Shown here piece after piece: positions 35,778 to 49,071 of a stretch of DNA of 64,000 nucleotides (position 1 is the first letter of the stretch; each line of letters opens with the position of its first letter). The notes beneath the pieces are model-generated. The model had not been told where the DNA came from. It was given only the letters and a program-made list of their open reading frames with translations, and ran no database searches. The position numbers were made by a program, and so were the translations under genes. Origin of the DNA: Verrucomicrobiota bacterium (GTDB taxonomy: Bacteria; Verrucomicrobiota; Verrucomicrobiia; Opitutales; Seribacteraceae); the NCBI GenBank assembly GCA_027622665.1, contig JAQBYT010000006.1, forward strand, positions 32,001-96,000. Direction: 5' to 3'.

Positions 35778-37202
35778 GTGATGTCCAATAGACCAAACAT
35801 TTTATGGATTTGTACGGACCAACAGCGTCTCGACACGATTCGCGCTTTGGGTAATTCCTCCGCACGGACGCCTAACCTCGATCGATTCATTGGCGAGGGC
35901 GTAGCTTTTGAAAATGCCTTTTGCCAAAGCCCCGTTTGCACTCCCAGTCGGGCGTCTTTTCTAACGGGCCGTTATCCTCGAACCACTCGTTGCCGGCAGA
36001 ATGGGCAATCAATACCTTCTGACGAGGTGCTCGTGAGCAAACTTTTCGCCGAGGCCGGTTACCATTGTGGGCTGGCGGGCAAGCTCCATCTGGCTTCCTG
36101 TTCGGACGGCAAGGTGGAAGACCGGACGGACGATGGCTACGAAGATTTTCATTGGTCCCATCATCCTCAGCCGGATTGGCCCGAGAACGCCTACACTCAG
36201 TGGCTTGCCGAGAAGGGCAAGACTTGGGAGGATGTGTATGGGGGCGAAATCTCACCTTATGTGCTTGAAGGACCGCCCGCCGAGTACCACCAGACCACTT
36301 GGTGCGCCGAGAAAACGGTCGAATTTATTCGGGCCAATTCCAAACGACCGTGGTTCTTTAGTTTCAATTGCTTCGATCCTCATCACCCCTTTGATCCTCC
36401 CCCCGAATACTTGGCTCGCTACAATACCGAGGAAATGCCTTTGCCCAAGGTTTCTCCCGACGAACAGGCTCGCCAAACCAGTTTTCAGCAACTCGATCGC
36501 GAGTGGGCTCACAACAGCCCGGGCGAGTTTCACTCCGGGGCCATGAGCGATTCCGATCACCGCCATGTCTACGCCGCCTACATGGCTATGGTGGAGTTGA
36601 TCGACGACCAGTTCGGGTGTATTCTTGAAGCCCTCGAGGAAACCGGGCAGGCGGAAGGCACTCTCGTCGTCTTCATGTCCGACCATGGCGAAATGTTGGG
36701 GGACCACGGAATTTATTTCAAAGGTCCTCACTTCTACGATTGCGCCGTCCGTGTGCCGCTCGTCATTCGTTGGCCTTCCGGTGACGTTCGCCAAAACATT
36801 CGTGCCGAGGGTCTCGTCGAGCTCCTTGATCTTGCCCCCACCTTTCTCGATGCCGCAGGTTTGCCGATCCCGGATCGCATGCAAGGCAGTTCTCTTCTTC
36901 CAGTGCTCCGCGGCGAGACCGATTCTTCTTCCATCCGACCTCACGTCTATTCCGAATATTACAACGCTTGGACCCACAAGAATGCTTACGGCACCATGTT
37001 ACGGACCGAAACGGAAAAAATCATCGTCTACCACGGTACGGAACAAGGAGAACTCTACGATCTCTCCGCCGATCCTGACGAGTTCCATAACCTCTGGGAC
37101 GATGTATCTGAAAAGGATCGCAAGTTGCGTCTGATGAAAGCCTGTTTCGACGCCTCTGTTCTTGCGATGGATCCCGCCCCCCCGAGGCGAGGTCCTTTTT
37201 AG
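35778..37202 (+). CDS. sulfatase (S1, no signal peptide)
   Basis: RPNILWICTDQQR, CTPSRASFLTG, GKLH, DPHHPF, SDHGEMLGDHG, ELYDL. Confidence 0.95.
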   Translation: MMSNRPNILWICTDQQRLDTIRALGNSSARTPNLDRFIGEGVAFENAFCQSPVCTPSRASFLTGRYPRTTRCRQNGQSIPSDEVLVSKLFAEAGYHCGLAGKLHLASCSDGKVEDRTDDGYEDFHWSHHPQPDWPENAYTQWLAEKGKTWEDVYGGEISPYVLEGPPAEYHQTTWCAEKTVEFIRANSKRPWFFSFNCFDPHHPFDPPPEYLARYNTEEMPLPKVSPDEQARQTSFQQLDREWAHNSPGEFHSGAMSDSDHRHVYAAYMAMVELIDDQFGCILEALEETGQAEGTLVVFMSDHGEMLGDHGIYFKGPHFYDCAVRVPLVIRWPSGDVRQNIRAEGLVELLDLAPTFLDAAGLPIPDRMQGSSLLPVLRGETDSSSIRPHVYSEYYNAWTHKNAYGTMLRTETEKIIVYHGTEQGELYDLSADPDEFHNLWDDVSEKDRKLRLMKACFDASVLAMDPAPPRRGPF

Positions 37203-37206
37203 TGCC

Positions 37207-37800
37207 TTAATCTTGGGCTGTGGTCGCCGTCTTGCCTTGAGAGAAGCAACTCCGGCATAGTGATACGTATCTTTCGTTCCCGCCGATCTCCACCTGCTCG
37301 CCGAGGCTTACCTTTTGCCCGCTCTCGTCTATTCGGGCGTTCATTGTCGCCTTTTTACCGCAATGACAGACTGTCTTGATTTCCTTTATATCGTCGGCCC
37401 AAGCAAGCAGGTATTGGCTACCTTCGAATAGTTCTCCTTGGAAATCGGTCCTCAGCCCGTACGCCAGTACCGGTACTTTTAAAATGTCGGCCACGCGACC
37501 CAGTTGACTCACCTGTTCCTTCGCCAGGAACTGGGCTTCGTCGAAAAGGGCGCAGTCCAAGGATTCGAAGGCATGCGACTCCTCGATAATGGCGAACAGG
37601 TCGTCCTCCTCGCTGAAATGTTGAGATTGCGCCTGTATCCCGATGCGGGATGCAATCACCTTGTCGCCGTATCGATCGTCCGCCTTGGCGGTGAAAAGGA
37701 GGGTGCGCATGCCGCGTTCCAAATAATTGTGGTTGGCTTGCAGCAGGGCCGTGGATTTCCCCGCATTCATCGAGGAGTAGTGAAAATAAAGTTTAGCCAT
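37207..37800 (-). CDS. tdk: thymidine kinase
   Basis: [53 protein letters not shown]. Start is ATG 37800. Confidence 0.97.
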   Translation of the reverse strand: MAKLYFHYSSMNAGKSTALLQANHNYLERGMRTLLFTAKADDRYGDKVIASRIGIQAQSQHFSEEDDLFAIIEESHAFESLDCALFDEAQFLAKEQVSQLGRVADILKVPVLAYGLRTDFQGELFEGSQYLLAWADDIKEIKTVCHCGKKATMNARIDESGQKVSLGEQVEIGGNERYVSLCRSCFSQGKTATTAQD

Positions 37801-39148
37801 TTTCGGAAAGTAAGGATTCAGTTCCTTCAAGACAGGCTGGAAGGGAGACTCCGGTCAAGTGAGAACCGCTTAGGATCAAACCCGGATTCGCGTCTTGCAG
37901 GCGTTTGGCGGCGACGAGGCGATCGTCTTTGCCCGAGTCGGGTAGGGGAATGGCCTTGGGCCAGCGAACCAAGTTGCGAAAGGTGGGTTTTCCCCGCACT
38001 TGAAGCAGTCCTTGAAGCTCTTCCAGCACGAGTTCGTACAACTCCTCGTCACTTTTCTCAGTCAGATCCGGTTGGCGTTCCCCACCCACGAATGTGGTGA
38101 GCAGAACATGTCCCTCGGGCGCTCGCTCAGAAAACAAGGTCGAGGAGAAGAGGGTCCCGAGAATTCGCAGGTTTTCTTTTTCAGGAACGAGAAAGCCAAA
38201 CCCGTCCAAGGGGTGTCCGACGTCCTCCCGGGGAAACCCCAACTGTACGACCGCGATGGGGTAGTGGTGTGCGGCAGCCAATGTTTTCAACGAGTCGCTC
38301 TCCGCCAACCCCTCCCACTCGATCGATTTCAGTGCGTGGGCCGGCACAGAGCACACTATGCGATTTGCCCGTTCCTCCTTTCGTTCACCTGCTTCCTCGA
38401 AGGCCACTCTCCAAGTGTCGCCATCTCGTGAGATTTTCCGCACGGGTGCATTCAGTCTTAAGTCGTTTCCCAATTCTTCGGCTAGACGGTTTGGTAGCTC
38501 TGCAAGACCTTTCTTGAAGGAAACTAGTCGCGTCTTCGGCAAGCCCTCCATCTTCCTTCGTTTAGCCGCCTTGATCCCGCCGAGCATGAGTGAGCGGTGC
38601 TTACCCTCTAATTCGTAGATGGCTGGAAACGCATGGCGAAGCACGAGGGTTTCCGGACGCGCGGCATATACTCCTGCGATAAAAGGATTGGCCGCATAGT
38701 CCCTTACTTCTCTACCCAAGCGTCTCATGAAAAAATCGGCGACGCTCTCGTTTTTACGGGCACTGCCCCTTGGCAAGAGCGGTTCCAGCAAGAGCCTAAG
38801 CTTGCCGAGGGTTGAAAATAGAGGACTGGTGAGAAATGAGCTTGCTGAGGTTGGGACTGCCACAGGTTGTCCTCCACGAACGATAAAACGCTTATTCGCC
38901 TCGGGATTCGCCTCGATCGCATCCTCTAACAATCCTATCTGCTCCAGATAATCGGGGGCATGACCCGCTCGCAAAGCCAAGGTGTTTGGACCATGTTCAA
39001 TCAGGTATCCATCCCGCTGTTCCGAGCGAATCACCCCTCCGGGATAGCCTCCCGACTCCAATACGAGCACTCCTCCTCCTTCATCTCTGCAGGTCCGAGC
39101 AGCCACTAACCCACAAAGCCCCGCACCCACTATAATCGTTCGTCCCAT
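37793..39148 (-). CDS. hemG: protoporphyrinogen oxidase (HemY-type flavoprotein)
   Basis: [47 protein letters not shown]. Confidence 0.92.
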   Translation of the reverse strand: MGRTIIVGAGLCGLVAARTCRDEGGGVLVLESGGYPGGVIRSEQRDGYLIEHGPNTLALRAGHAPDYLEQIGLLEDAIEANPEANKRFIVRGGQPVAVPTSASSFLTSPLFSTLGKLRLLLEPLLPRGSARKNESVADFFMRRLGREVRDYAANPFIAGVYAARPETLVLRHAFPAIYELEGKHRSLMLGGIKAAKRRKMEGLPKTRLVSFKKGLAELPNRLAEELGNDLRLNAPVRKISRDGDTWRVAFEEAGERKEERANRIVCSVPAHALKSIEWEGLAESDSLKTLAAAHHYPIAVVQLGFPREDVGHPLDGFGFLVPEKENLRILGTLFSSTLFSERAPEGHVLLTTFVGGERQPDLTEKSDEELYELVLEELQGLLQVRGKPTFRNLVRWPKAIPLPDSGKDDRLVAAKRLQDANPGLILSGSHLTGVSLPACLEGTESLLSENG

Positions 39149-39239
39149 GACGCTAAAAGCAATAGACTCTCTTCAAAAGAGGAAAGATAAAAGGCTTTTT
39201 AGTGAGTTGTTATTCGTTTTCAAACAAGCTAGATAGAAT

Positions 39240-39467
39240 ATGTTAAATATGGAAAATGTTTTGAAAAATCTTCGGATTGTCACCAATCCAACCCAGATTG
39301 CTGTTGGGGAGTTGCCCATGGCGATTCAAGCACTGGACAAGGTTTTGGCCGAGCGGGGAAATGAATTGCCCGGGCGATTGAGGCATTTTCTTGAAAACCG
39401 AAGTTATCAAAAGGCTTTGGTCTTTTTGGAGGGTGGAGAACCCGAGAAGGGGACTTGCGGCAAGTGA
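39240..39467 (+). CDS. small hypothetical protein
   Basis: Protein-like 75-aa ORF (LPGRLRHFLENRSYQKALVFL) filling an intergenic gap. Confidence 0.7.
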   Translation: MLNMENVLKNLRIVTNPTQIAVGELPMAIQALDKVLAERGNELPGRLRHFLENRSYQKALVFLEGGEPEKGTCGK

Positions 39468-39533
39468 TTCGACGCTCTGCCGTTTTTTGCGATCGATTTT
39501 GATTTACTTGGTAATCCTCTTTGGAACTTTTGG

Positions 39534-39941
39534 GTGAGTGGCGATAAAGCTAAAGACGGGAAAATCTCGATCGGTACCGGAGGCACTGACTTCGGAAGCA
39601 ATCCTTTCAATAGTTTGAGTTCGGGCGGTTTGCGAAAAGTAGTGATCTCTACAGATACCTCGCCAAAAGTTTCCAAACCCTTGCGGAAATCATCTGGTCA
39701 CCGTTTGGACGTAAGACGGGAAAAGTCGGGTCGAGGCGGTAAAACCGTTACGACGGTGAAGGGGTTTCCGCCCGGTGTTTCTTGGGGTGAGCGCAAGGAG
39801 ATGCTGCGAGACCTCAAAAGACGACTGGGCACCGGCGGAGTGTTTGCCGACGGGCAGTGGGAAATCCAAGGTGACAAACGAGACGAGGTCGTCGTTTGGT
39901 TGGAGGGGAAGGGGTATCAGCCAATTCTGACTGGCGGTTGA
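39534..39941 (+). CDS. yciH: translation initiation factor SUI1/eIF1 (YciH family)
   Basis: RREKSGRGGKTVTTVKG, LKRRLGTGG, EIQGDKRD. Confidence 0.9.
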   Translation: MSGDKAKDGKISIGTGGTDFGSNPFNSLSSGGLRKVVISTDTSPKVSKPLRKSSGHRLDVRREKSGRGGKTVTTVKGFPPGVSWGERKEMLRDLKRRLGTGGVFADGQWEIQGDKRDEVVVWLEGKGYQPILTGG

Positions 39942-39944
39942 TAT

Positions 39945-40307
39945 TCAGGAAGCGGTTTGCTTCTCGCCTTTGTGTGCCACATCTTCGTGTGCTACATCTT
40001 CGTGTGCCACATCTTCGTGGTGTACGACATCTTCGCCTTCCTCGGTTTTCTCCTGAGAGCCTTCTGCCGACTTGGTCGCCTTGAAATCATGATCCTCGAT
40101 GGGTTCTTGGCTCATGACTTCATGAATGTCTTGTTCCCACTCGGTCTTCGCTTTGCGGAATTCCTTTACGCCTTTGCCCAGAGAACGAAACAACTCCGGT
40201 ACCTTCTTGGCTCCGAAGAGCAGAAGTACGATGAGGAATATGAGGATGATTTCCCCGCCGCCAAAGTTACCAATGAAGGCGAGTGCGGGATCAAATGAGA
40301 CTTTCAT
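39945..40307 (-). CDS. tatA: twin-arginine translocase TatA/TatE subunit
   Basis: GGGEIILIFLIVLLLFGAKKVPELFRSLGKGVKEFRKA. Confidence 0.93.
   Translation of the reverse strand: MKVSFDPALAFIGNFGGGEIILIFLIVLLLFGAKKVPELFRSLGKGVKEFRKAKTEWEQDIHEVMSQEPIEDHDFKATKSAEGSQEKTEEGEDVVHHEDVAHEDVAHEDVAHKGEKQTAS
39972..40034. repeat. 15-bp tandem repeat (3 copies plus a degenerate fourth) in the tatA tail
   Basis: GTGTGC(C/T)ACATCTTC x3 at 39972-40016, encoding (EDVAH)n. Confidence 0.9.
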
Positions 40308-40389
40308 AGATTGATTAAACTATTTGGATATTCCTCTTGAAGCAAACTTTTTGTCGGTAGTGAGTTACGGAAAGTTTCTGAGGGTTGAA

Positions 40390-42387
<1,998 letters not shown>

Positions 42388-44317
42388 GGGCGGAATTATT
42401 ATCGGTCTCGGATTGTTGGACAAAGGTTAGTTGTGGCGGCGATCTTCGTTGCGATCGTAGATTAGCAAGCTCAGCTCGAAGTTCGGTGCGTTTATCGATT
42501 TCGTCTGGATTCAGATTGGCGACTCGTTCCTTAATTTCATTTTCTTTTGCTTTGAAGAAACGATTAAAGAGAGCCTGAAGTGAGGTATTGCATGCCTTGT
42601 GAATGTCCACGGGGTCAACGTGAGCGGGTTTCTGAGATAGTATTTCGTAGGCGGTTTTTCGTTCGTCATCGTTCTCTAGTAGCTCATCCAAGGATGCTAG
42701 TCCATTACCATTATTCTCGCGTATTTCAGCTAGTGCCTTGGCGAGTATTGTTCCTGAAGGGTATGTGAGCTTGAGCCATTCCGGTTGGATCGCTTGTGCG
42801 AGAGGAATAGCAACTTCATTATGGTGCAAAACAATTAATAATAGATCATGCTCGGCAGTTGTCAACTTTTGGGAAGCATTTTTGGGATTTTTTTCAGATG
42901 AGGCTCTTTGACGGGAACCATACGAAGACGAGTTTTTTTTGCTTAGAAAGCGGGCAAATTCTTGTCGAGCGGAACCTTCTTCCAGTTTCATCAACCGAAT
43001 GGCTTGAGCCAAGTATTCGTCTCGCGCCACGAGAGAATCCGTTTCGGCCACGATTTCAAAAATATGTTCCAATACTGTGTTCTTTTGGGTGGGCGTAGGT
43101 TCTTTCGTTTCGCCCAAGTACATGGATACGGCAAAGGCGATTCCACTGAGAGACTCGTCTTCGAGGTTTTTCAAACCTGCGAGACCTTCGGCGCGGAGCA
43201 AGTCGTCGGGGTCTCCTCCGGGAGGTAAAAGAAGAAAGCGGATGTCGAGAGCGCTTTTTACGCAGATTGGGAGGATTCGTAGGGCCGCCTTTCGCCCTGC
43301 TTCATCACCGTCGAGAAGGCAGTCAATGCCCGCCGGCCGATATCGTCGGAGGAGATGGGCCTGGCCATCCGTGAAGGCTGTTCCTTGAGGGGCTACGACG
43401 TTTTTCACCCCTTGCTCCCAGCACCGAATGGCGTCGAGTTGACCTTCGACCAGCAAAAAACGTTTATTTTCGTCAATGTGGCGTCTCGCCTTGTCGAGAT
43501 TGAAGAGTAGATTCCCTTTCCTGAAGATCGGAGTTTCGGGAGAGTTTATGTATTTTGCCTCGCGGGCAGGATCATTTTCCGGCGTGACAGATAATTGACG
43601 GGCTGTAAAAGCGACGACGCGCTCTTGGGTGTCCCGAATGGGGATCATAAGCCGACCGCGGAAGCGAGTCAGGAAATCCGGTCGTCCTTTGCGGTCGAAA
43701 AATAGCCCGCTTTTGTCTAAGACTTCCTGAGGGATTCCTTTTTCCGTGAAAAGGCGAAGAAGACCGGATGAGTCAGGGGGAGCGTAACCGATCCCGAACT
43801 CCTTGGCTACTTCATCGGGGAAGTGCCGTTCCTGCGTCCAGTACTTCCGTATGAAGTGCCCTCCCTCGTTGTCGTCCCAAAATTTTTCGCGATACCAAGA
43901 CATGGCCAACTCGTGAATGTCGAAAAGGGCTTTTCGATGAGAAAGCGACTGTACGGAAGGACTTCCGTGTGCAGACTCTTCGTAACGGAGGTTTATGTTG
44001 AAGCGAGTCGCGAGAAACTCGACGGCTTCCTGAAATTCCAAGTTCTCCACTTTTTGAATGAAGCTTATGGCGTCTCCTGCCTCACCACTGCTGAAGCATT
44101 TGTAAAAGCCTTTGTCCGGATGAACGGAGAAAGAAGGTGTCTTTTCTTGGTTAAAAGGGCTGAGTCCTTTCCAGTCTGCACCGGATCGCTTTAGGCTCAC
44201 ATAAGGGGCCACGACGTCGTGCAGATCTATTCGAGCCTTGAGCTCGGCGACGAAATCACGGTGTAGTCTTGGCATCGGGTAAGTCTCAGGACGAGGTCAC
44301 GAAAATCTTTGTACGCT

Positions 44318-45832
44318 TCAAGGATTCAGAGGTAGACTTCGCAATTCCCGCTCGGCTTCGGGGCGCAACGGATTGTCCGGAGGTGCCAATGCCAAAAGTT
44401 TTCGATAGAGGATGGCGGCCGTGGCAGGTTTGTTTTCCGCGATATGATAACGGCGAGCAAGTTGCCACAGAATTTCGATGGACTCGGGAAAACGTTCGTG
44501 AGCTTTTTCCAGCTCTTCGAGATAGCGTTGTCCCGCGAGTGTCTCACGAGCGATGCGAAGGTAGTCCATGTGGTATCCCAGATCTTCGGGTGCATGGCGC
44601 GTTGCTTCCAAGGATTTCATTTCGGCCTCGTTGCCTTCACCTAGAAGAAAGTGGGCTTGGGAAGCCATATGCCATGCCGCAGCATTTTTCGGGTTTTCCC
44701 TGATGGCTCTGCGTGTGAAAAGCAAAGCACTTCGGAAGTTCTTTTCGAGCATGGCCAACTCCGCTTGATCCAGAAAACTTTTCTCTGCAGGTTTCGAATT
44801 ATTTGGAGGACTTGAAAATATGTCGGCGAGGGAAAGAGTGGTGGTGGTTTCATTATCCTGAAATGAGGTCTGCGAGGCGTTGCTCTCGATTGAGAATGGA
44901 GAACCCGGAGGTTTTTCTACGATCTCGAGAGTGCGGGGGGGGAGCTTGGATCCCCCGACCACCGGCTCAGCCTTAATTGGAGCTAGTAAGGCAGCGGCCA
45001 ATTGCGAAGCGGTTTTCCCCGCGGTCGCGTAATCTCTCTGAAAGAAGTCCAGGCGGCGGCGACGTTTCAATAAATCGGCGGCTATTTTTGCGTGTTCGCT
45101 CTTGTCCAGAGAACCCGGATGTGTCTTTTCCATCGCCAGTATCAAGGTTTCGGCCGAGTTCTCGTCCTTTAGGCTAAGCCTGATTTTAAGTAACCCGAGG
45201 TAGGGGAGTGGCGATTGATTCGGAGCTTTTTTTTCAGCGGACCGGAACCAGTGCTCGGCTTGAGGGTACATTCCCTTTGCCAAAAACAACTGAGCTACGG
45301 CCATTGCGTCTGCCGTTTCCGCCTTGTCGGATGCTTGTAGGAAAGCATCCAGAGCCTTGCTTTTTTTTCCTAGTCGGTGGAGCACACGGGCGTATTTCAG
45401 ATTGGCAAAAGTGTCATCAGGATGCTTTTGAATGTAGGTGGCATAAGCCTTTTCCGCGGATTCGTCGTCTTCTGCAAGCTCGTGAGCTTGCCCGGTTTCG
45501 GATAAAATGTTCGTTGCTCCACCCAGCGAGAAAGCCTGTTCAAGGCGAAAGGCCGCGAGGGCGTATTCCTCGGCGTCGAGTAAAGTGCGACCGAGCATGG
45601 TAATGATCTCAGGGGATTCTGGATGTCGATCATTCAGTTTACGTAGGATCGCCAGGGCTTCGTCTGTTTTACCTTCGATGCGTTTCTGTATTGCCTCGCT
45701 TAGGTCGGGCGGGTTTTGCTTGTCTGGTTCCCTGGGTGGAGAGACTTGTATCGGGTCGTCCGAACAACCGCCCGTGATCACTATCGAGACCACCATAGCG
45801 GAGAACCTTATCATACAAAGCGGAAATTGCAT
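44318..45832 (-). CDS. tetratricopeptide repeat lipoprotein
   Basis: ITGGC lipobox-like motif and two blocks of TPR-like helices separated by a linker. Start uncertain (45832 or 45814). Confidence 0.8.
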   Translation of the reverse strand: MQFPLCMIRFSAMVVSIVITGGCSDDPIQVSPPREPDKQNPPDLSEAIQKRIEGKTDEALAILRKLNDRHPESPEIITMLGRTLLDAEEYALAAFRLEQAFSLGGATNILSETGQAHELAEDDESAEKAYATYIQKHPDDTFANLKYARVLHRLGKKSKALDAFLQASDKAETADAMAVAQLFLAKGMYPQAEHWFRSAEKKAPNQSPLPYLGLLKIRLSLKDENSAETLILAMEKTHPGSLDKSEHAKIAADLLKRRRRLDFFQRDYATAGKTASQLAAALLAPIKAEPVVGGSKLPPRTLEIVEKPPGSPFSIESNASQTSFQDNETTTTLSLADIFSSPPNNSKPAEKSFLDQAELAMLEKNFRSALLFTRRAIRENPKNAAAWHMASQAHFLLGEGNEAEMKSLEATRHAPEDLGYHMDYLRIARETLAGQRYLEELEKAHERFPESIEILWQLARRYHIAENKPATAAILYRKLLALAPPDNPLRPEAERELRSLPLNP

Positions 45833-45856
45833 TAAAACTTCTATTCTCAACAGGAC

Positions 45857-46921
45857 GTGAAACGTCAAGCCATGCTCGCGGTTGCAACCATGTTTTCTCT
45901 GAGCTTCGGAGTTTCCTTCTCCGTTGATTTCCCTGGTGAGCCTTTTTTTTCAAAGGACCGAACCAAGCCATTGTTTCGGGAGAAGGGCCTTGTGACTTTC
46001 CGATGTTCACTGGGGAAACCTGAAAGTTATGCTCGTTCCGTCCGCTCTCTCATTCTTTTCAATGAGCTGAAAGGCGGGGTGCAATTACAGCCCGATCGTC
46101 AATCCAAAGTCGGAATCAAACTTTCTACCCATTTTGCTCCGGGTTTGGCCACGTCCCGACCTTTGGTGGATGCGTTGCTTGATTTGCTCAAGGCTCGAGG
46201 GTTTGCTCCCGAATCAGTGTTCCTCTTGGATCTTGAATCAAGAGGCCTTCGTCGTTCAGGTTTCCTGCCACCCCGCAGCAAGGGAGGCAATCGCTATCGT
46301 GGGCATCCTGTGGTTGCCCTCGATTCGCGAACCTATTTTGACGAAAGGTGGTTCCACGACAGTCCTATGCCGCCCTCCACTGACTATCGTGCTCGCCTGA
46401 GCCTTCGGTACCCGCGTGACCGTGAAGTCCGCTTGCGCGAGGAGCGCCGCAGTTACCTGCCGGCCCCTCTTTTTCTTGAGGATGCCTTCTGGATCAACCT
46501 GCCTGTAGCTATCGACAGTCGTTCGTTGGGCATTGATGCCGCTGTTGGAAATGCTTCCTTGCACGCGGTAGACAACAACTCTCGCTTCCTAGGTCGCTCC
46601 ACCACGGCTCCCTCGGCGGCGACTGAAATACTCGCCATACCCGAGTATTGGGAGAAGCACCTTTTTTCGATTCTCGACCTCTCCCGCTTTCAGTATGCGG
46701 GCGGTAGCAAGTTCGACGCTCAGTTCCTCGGTGGCGAACAGACTCTAATGCTTAGCGAAAACCCCTTGTCGGTGGATTACTTTGCCATGGAAGCTTTGAG
46801 CAAGGCTCGTACTGCCGAAGGTTTTGACCTTAGAGACAGGGAAAAAGCTCCGTTGTTTCGTTTCGGAGAAGATTTGGGCCTAGCTCGAAAAGGTGAAGCC
46901 CGGCTCGTGAACCTGCCCTAG
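45857..46921 (+). CDS. hypothetical exported protein, DUF362-like
   Basis: KVGIKL...TSRPLVDALLDLL...INLPV pattern resembles DUF362; signal-like N-terminus. Confidence 0.6.
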   Translation: MKRQAMLAVATMFSLSFGVSFSVDFPGEPFFSKDRTKPLFREKGLVTFRCSLGKPESYARSVRSLILFNELKGGVQLQPDRQSKVGIKLSTHFAPGLATSRPLVDALLDLLKARGFAPESVFLLDLESRGLRRSGFLPPRSKGGNRYRGHPVVALDSRTYFDERWFHDSPMPPSTDYRARLSLRYPRDREVRLREERRSYLPAPLFLEDAFWINLPVAIDSRSLGIDAAVGNASLHAVDNNSRFLGRSTTAPSAATEILAIPEYWEKHLFSILDLSRFQYAGGSKFDAQFLGGEQTLMLSENPLSVDYFAMEALSKARTAEGFDLRDREKAPLFRFGEDLGLARKGEARLVNLP

Positions 46922-47733
46922 CTTTCGAAGGTTTCCCTTAGGTAGGCGAGGCTTTTAGTCGCTATGGTTTCGGGGTCCGGAGAATAGTCGAAGACCTCAA
47001 CCGAAACATAGCCATCGTATCCGCTTTCCCTGAGAGCTCCGGCAATCGGCTCGAACTTGACCTCGCCAAAACCGGGTCCCCGCAGGTTCGGATCATTTGC
47101 ATGAAAGTGTGCGGTGTGATCGCGACTTTCACGAATAATGTCCGGAATCGACTTTGTTTCGTCGCTCATGGCCTTTACGTCAAGGTGTAGGCGAAACGCT
47201 TCATGGTCTACTTTTTCTATGAGACGTATCGTCTCTGCAGCCGTGTTCAGAAAGTTCGTTTCCGCTCTGCCCAGAGGCTCCATCGCGATTGTAACGCCTA
47301 ATGAGCCGGCCGTTTCAGCTATTTCGCGCAGGGTATCGGCGGCTCGTGAAAAGGCATCTTCGTAGATCCAGTCATCCGCGACGTCTCTTTGTTTCGGGCT
47401 TCCCCATACCATCACTCGACCACCCATGGCAGCGCATGTGCGGGCAAGATGTCGACCGAAAGCTACCGTATCCTTGCGGAGCAATCCGTCCGGCGTAGTT
47501 AGGTGAAGCCAACCCGGTTTCACCAGCAACCAATGAAGCCCCACTACTTCCAGTCCGGCTGATTTGGCGGTTTCCCCGTGCCGACCTGCTTCCTCCTCGG
47601 TCAGTTCACGTGGATCCTCCTTGAGCGTGAAGGGTGCGACCTCGATGCCATCGTAGCCTGTTTCGGCGACGTGGTCGCAGGTTCTTGAGAAGTCCCACCC
47701 TTGGTAGGTTTCGTTGCAGATCGCGAATTTCAT
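46918..47733 (-). CDS. sugar phosphate isomerase/epimerase (D-psicose/tagatose 3-epimerase-like TIM barrel)
   Basis: GYDGIEVAP, MEPLGRAETNFLNT, LHLD, HFHAND, GYVSVEVF. Confidence 0.9.
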   Translation of the reverse strand: MKFAICNETYQGWDFSRTCDHVAETGYDGIEVAPFTLKEDPRELTEEEAGRHGETAKSAGLEVVGLHWLLVKPGWLHLTTPDGLLRKDTVAFGRHLARTCAAMGGRVMVWGSPKQRDVADDWIYEDAFSRAADTLREIAETAGSLGVTIAMEPLGRAETNFLNTAAETIRLIEKVDHEAFRLHLDVKAMSDETKSIPDIIRESRDHTAHFHANDPNLRGPGFGEVKFEPIAGALRESGYDGYVSVEVFDYSPDPETIATKSLAYLRETFES

Positions 47734-47807
47734 ATTTCCCTATTCAATCTCGCAATCTGTGGAGTCCAAGCCTTTTCTGCCGGACGAACGATCAGAGAGT
47801 CGTCAGC

Positions 47808-49067
47808 ATGGAACTTCTTATGAGAATTTGTATCTATGTTTTTGCTGTGTACCTGCTCCCTTCGATTTCTGCCTTGGCGGGAGACTGGCCTCAATGGCTT
47901 GGACCAAATCGCGACGGCGTGGCCGTCGGCGAAAAGTTTTCTTTACCCAAGGACGGCGCGACTTTCCCGACGCTTTGGAAAGTATCGCTTGGCGAGGGTT
48001 GGGCTGCTCCTGTAGTAGTGGACGGCAAATTGGTCATTCATCACCGTCCGGGAGCTGAGGAATCGGTTGATTGTCTGGATGCTTCTTCGGGCAAGTTACT
48101 TTGGCGATACTCCTTCGCTTCCGGCTATCGCGATGGTTTCGGCATGGCTGAAGGACCTCGATCCACTCCAACCATTTCGGCTGGCAAAGTTTTTGCCTAC
48201 GGCCCCCAAGGTATTTTGAATTGTCTCGATTTCGCTTCCGGCAAGCTGAAGTGGACCGTGAACGTTGCCAAGCAGTTCCGTTCGCCACAGGGCTTTTTCG
48301 GCCGTTGTTGTTCCCCGCTAGTCGTAGGGGAGCTTGTGATGCTTGACGTCGGTGGGGCCGGAGCCGGGGTGGTTGCCTTCAATGTGGACACGGGAAAGGT
48401 CTTATGGAAGGCAACCGATCACGGAAACGATTATTCCTCGCCCGTTTCGACTACCGTCGGTGAGGTTTCCTGCTCTCTCTTTTTCATCCGTGACGGTTTT
48501 CTTGGACTAGAAGTCCAAACTGGTCGTCAGCTTTTTTTCGAGCGTTTCCGCTCGCCAATTAATGCATCCGTAAACGCTGCGACACCCTTGCTTATCGGAG
48601 ATTCCGTCTTTGTTTCCAGTTGCTACGACGTGGGGGGGGCTGTTTGGAAGTTAAAACCCGATGGCAAGGGTGGTGTGTTCACGCAAACCATCTGGAAGAA
48701 AGGTGGAATGCTTGATGGTCATTATTCCACCGCGGTTCATCACGATGGTTATCTCTACGGTTTTCATGGCCGTCAAGAGCGCGGGACCGAGCTTCGTTGC
48801 GTTAGTCTTGCCGATGGATCCGTTCAATGGACCTCGGGGCGAATTGCATCGGGAAACCTTTTGCTGGCTGACGGAAAACTCATTGTACTCACGGAAGATG
48901 GGGAACTTCTCTTAGCGCCTGCCGTCTCAAAAGGATATAAAGTGCTACACAGGCAACAAATCCTAGGTTTCGAGACTCGAGCTCATTTCGCAATTTCCAA
49001 CGGCAAACTTTTCGCCCGTGACAAGAAACGACTTGTTTCCATGGACTTGACGGTTGCCAGACCCTGA
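47808..49067 (+). CDS. PQQ-binding-like beta-propeller protein
   Basis: Signal peptide then GDWPQWLGPNRDG, GPRSTP and repeated CLDxxSGKxxW. Start 47808 or 47820. Confidence 0.9.
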   Translation: MELLMRICIYVFAVYLLPSISALAGDWPQWLGPNRDGVAVGEKFSLPKDGATFPTLWKVSLGEGWAAPVVVDGKLVIHHRPGAEESVDCLDASSGKLLWRYSFASGYRDGFGMAEGPRSTPTISAGKVFAYGPQGILNCLDFASGKLKWTVNVAKQFRSPQGFFGRCCSPLVVGELVMLDVGGAGAGVVAFNVDTGKVLWKATDHGNDYSSPVSTTVGEVSCSLFFIRDGFLGLEVQTGRQLFFERFRSPINASVNAATPLLIGDSVFVSSCYDVGGAVWKLKPDGKGGVFTQTIWKKGGMLDGHYSTAVHHDGYLYGFHGRQERGTELRCVSLADGSVQWTSGRIASGNLLLADGKLIVLTEDGELLLAPAVSKGYKVLHRQQILGFETRAHFAISNGKLFARDKKRLVSMDLTVARP

Positions 49068-49071
49068 GTAC

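Noticed and set aside
47634..47807. N-terminal extension of the 477-aa ORF
   Set aside because: It overlaps the divergent epimerase gene; the signal peptide starts at 47808 or 47820.
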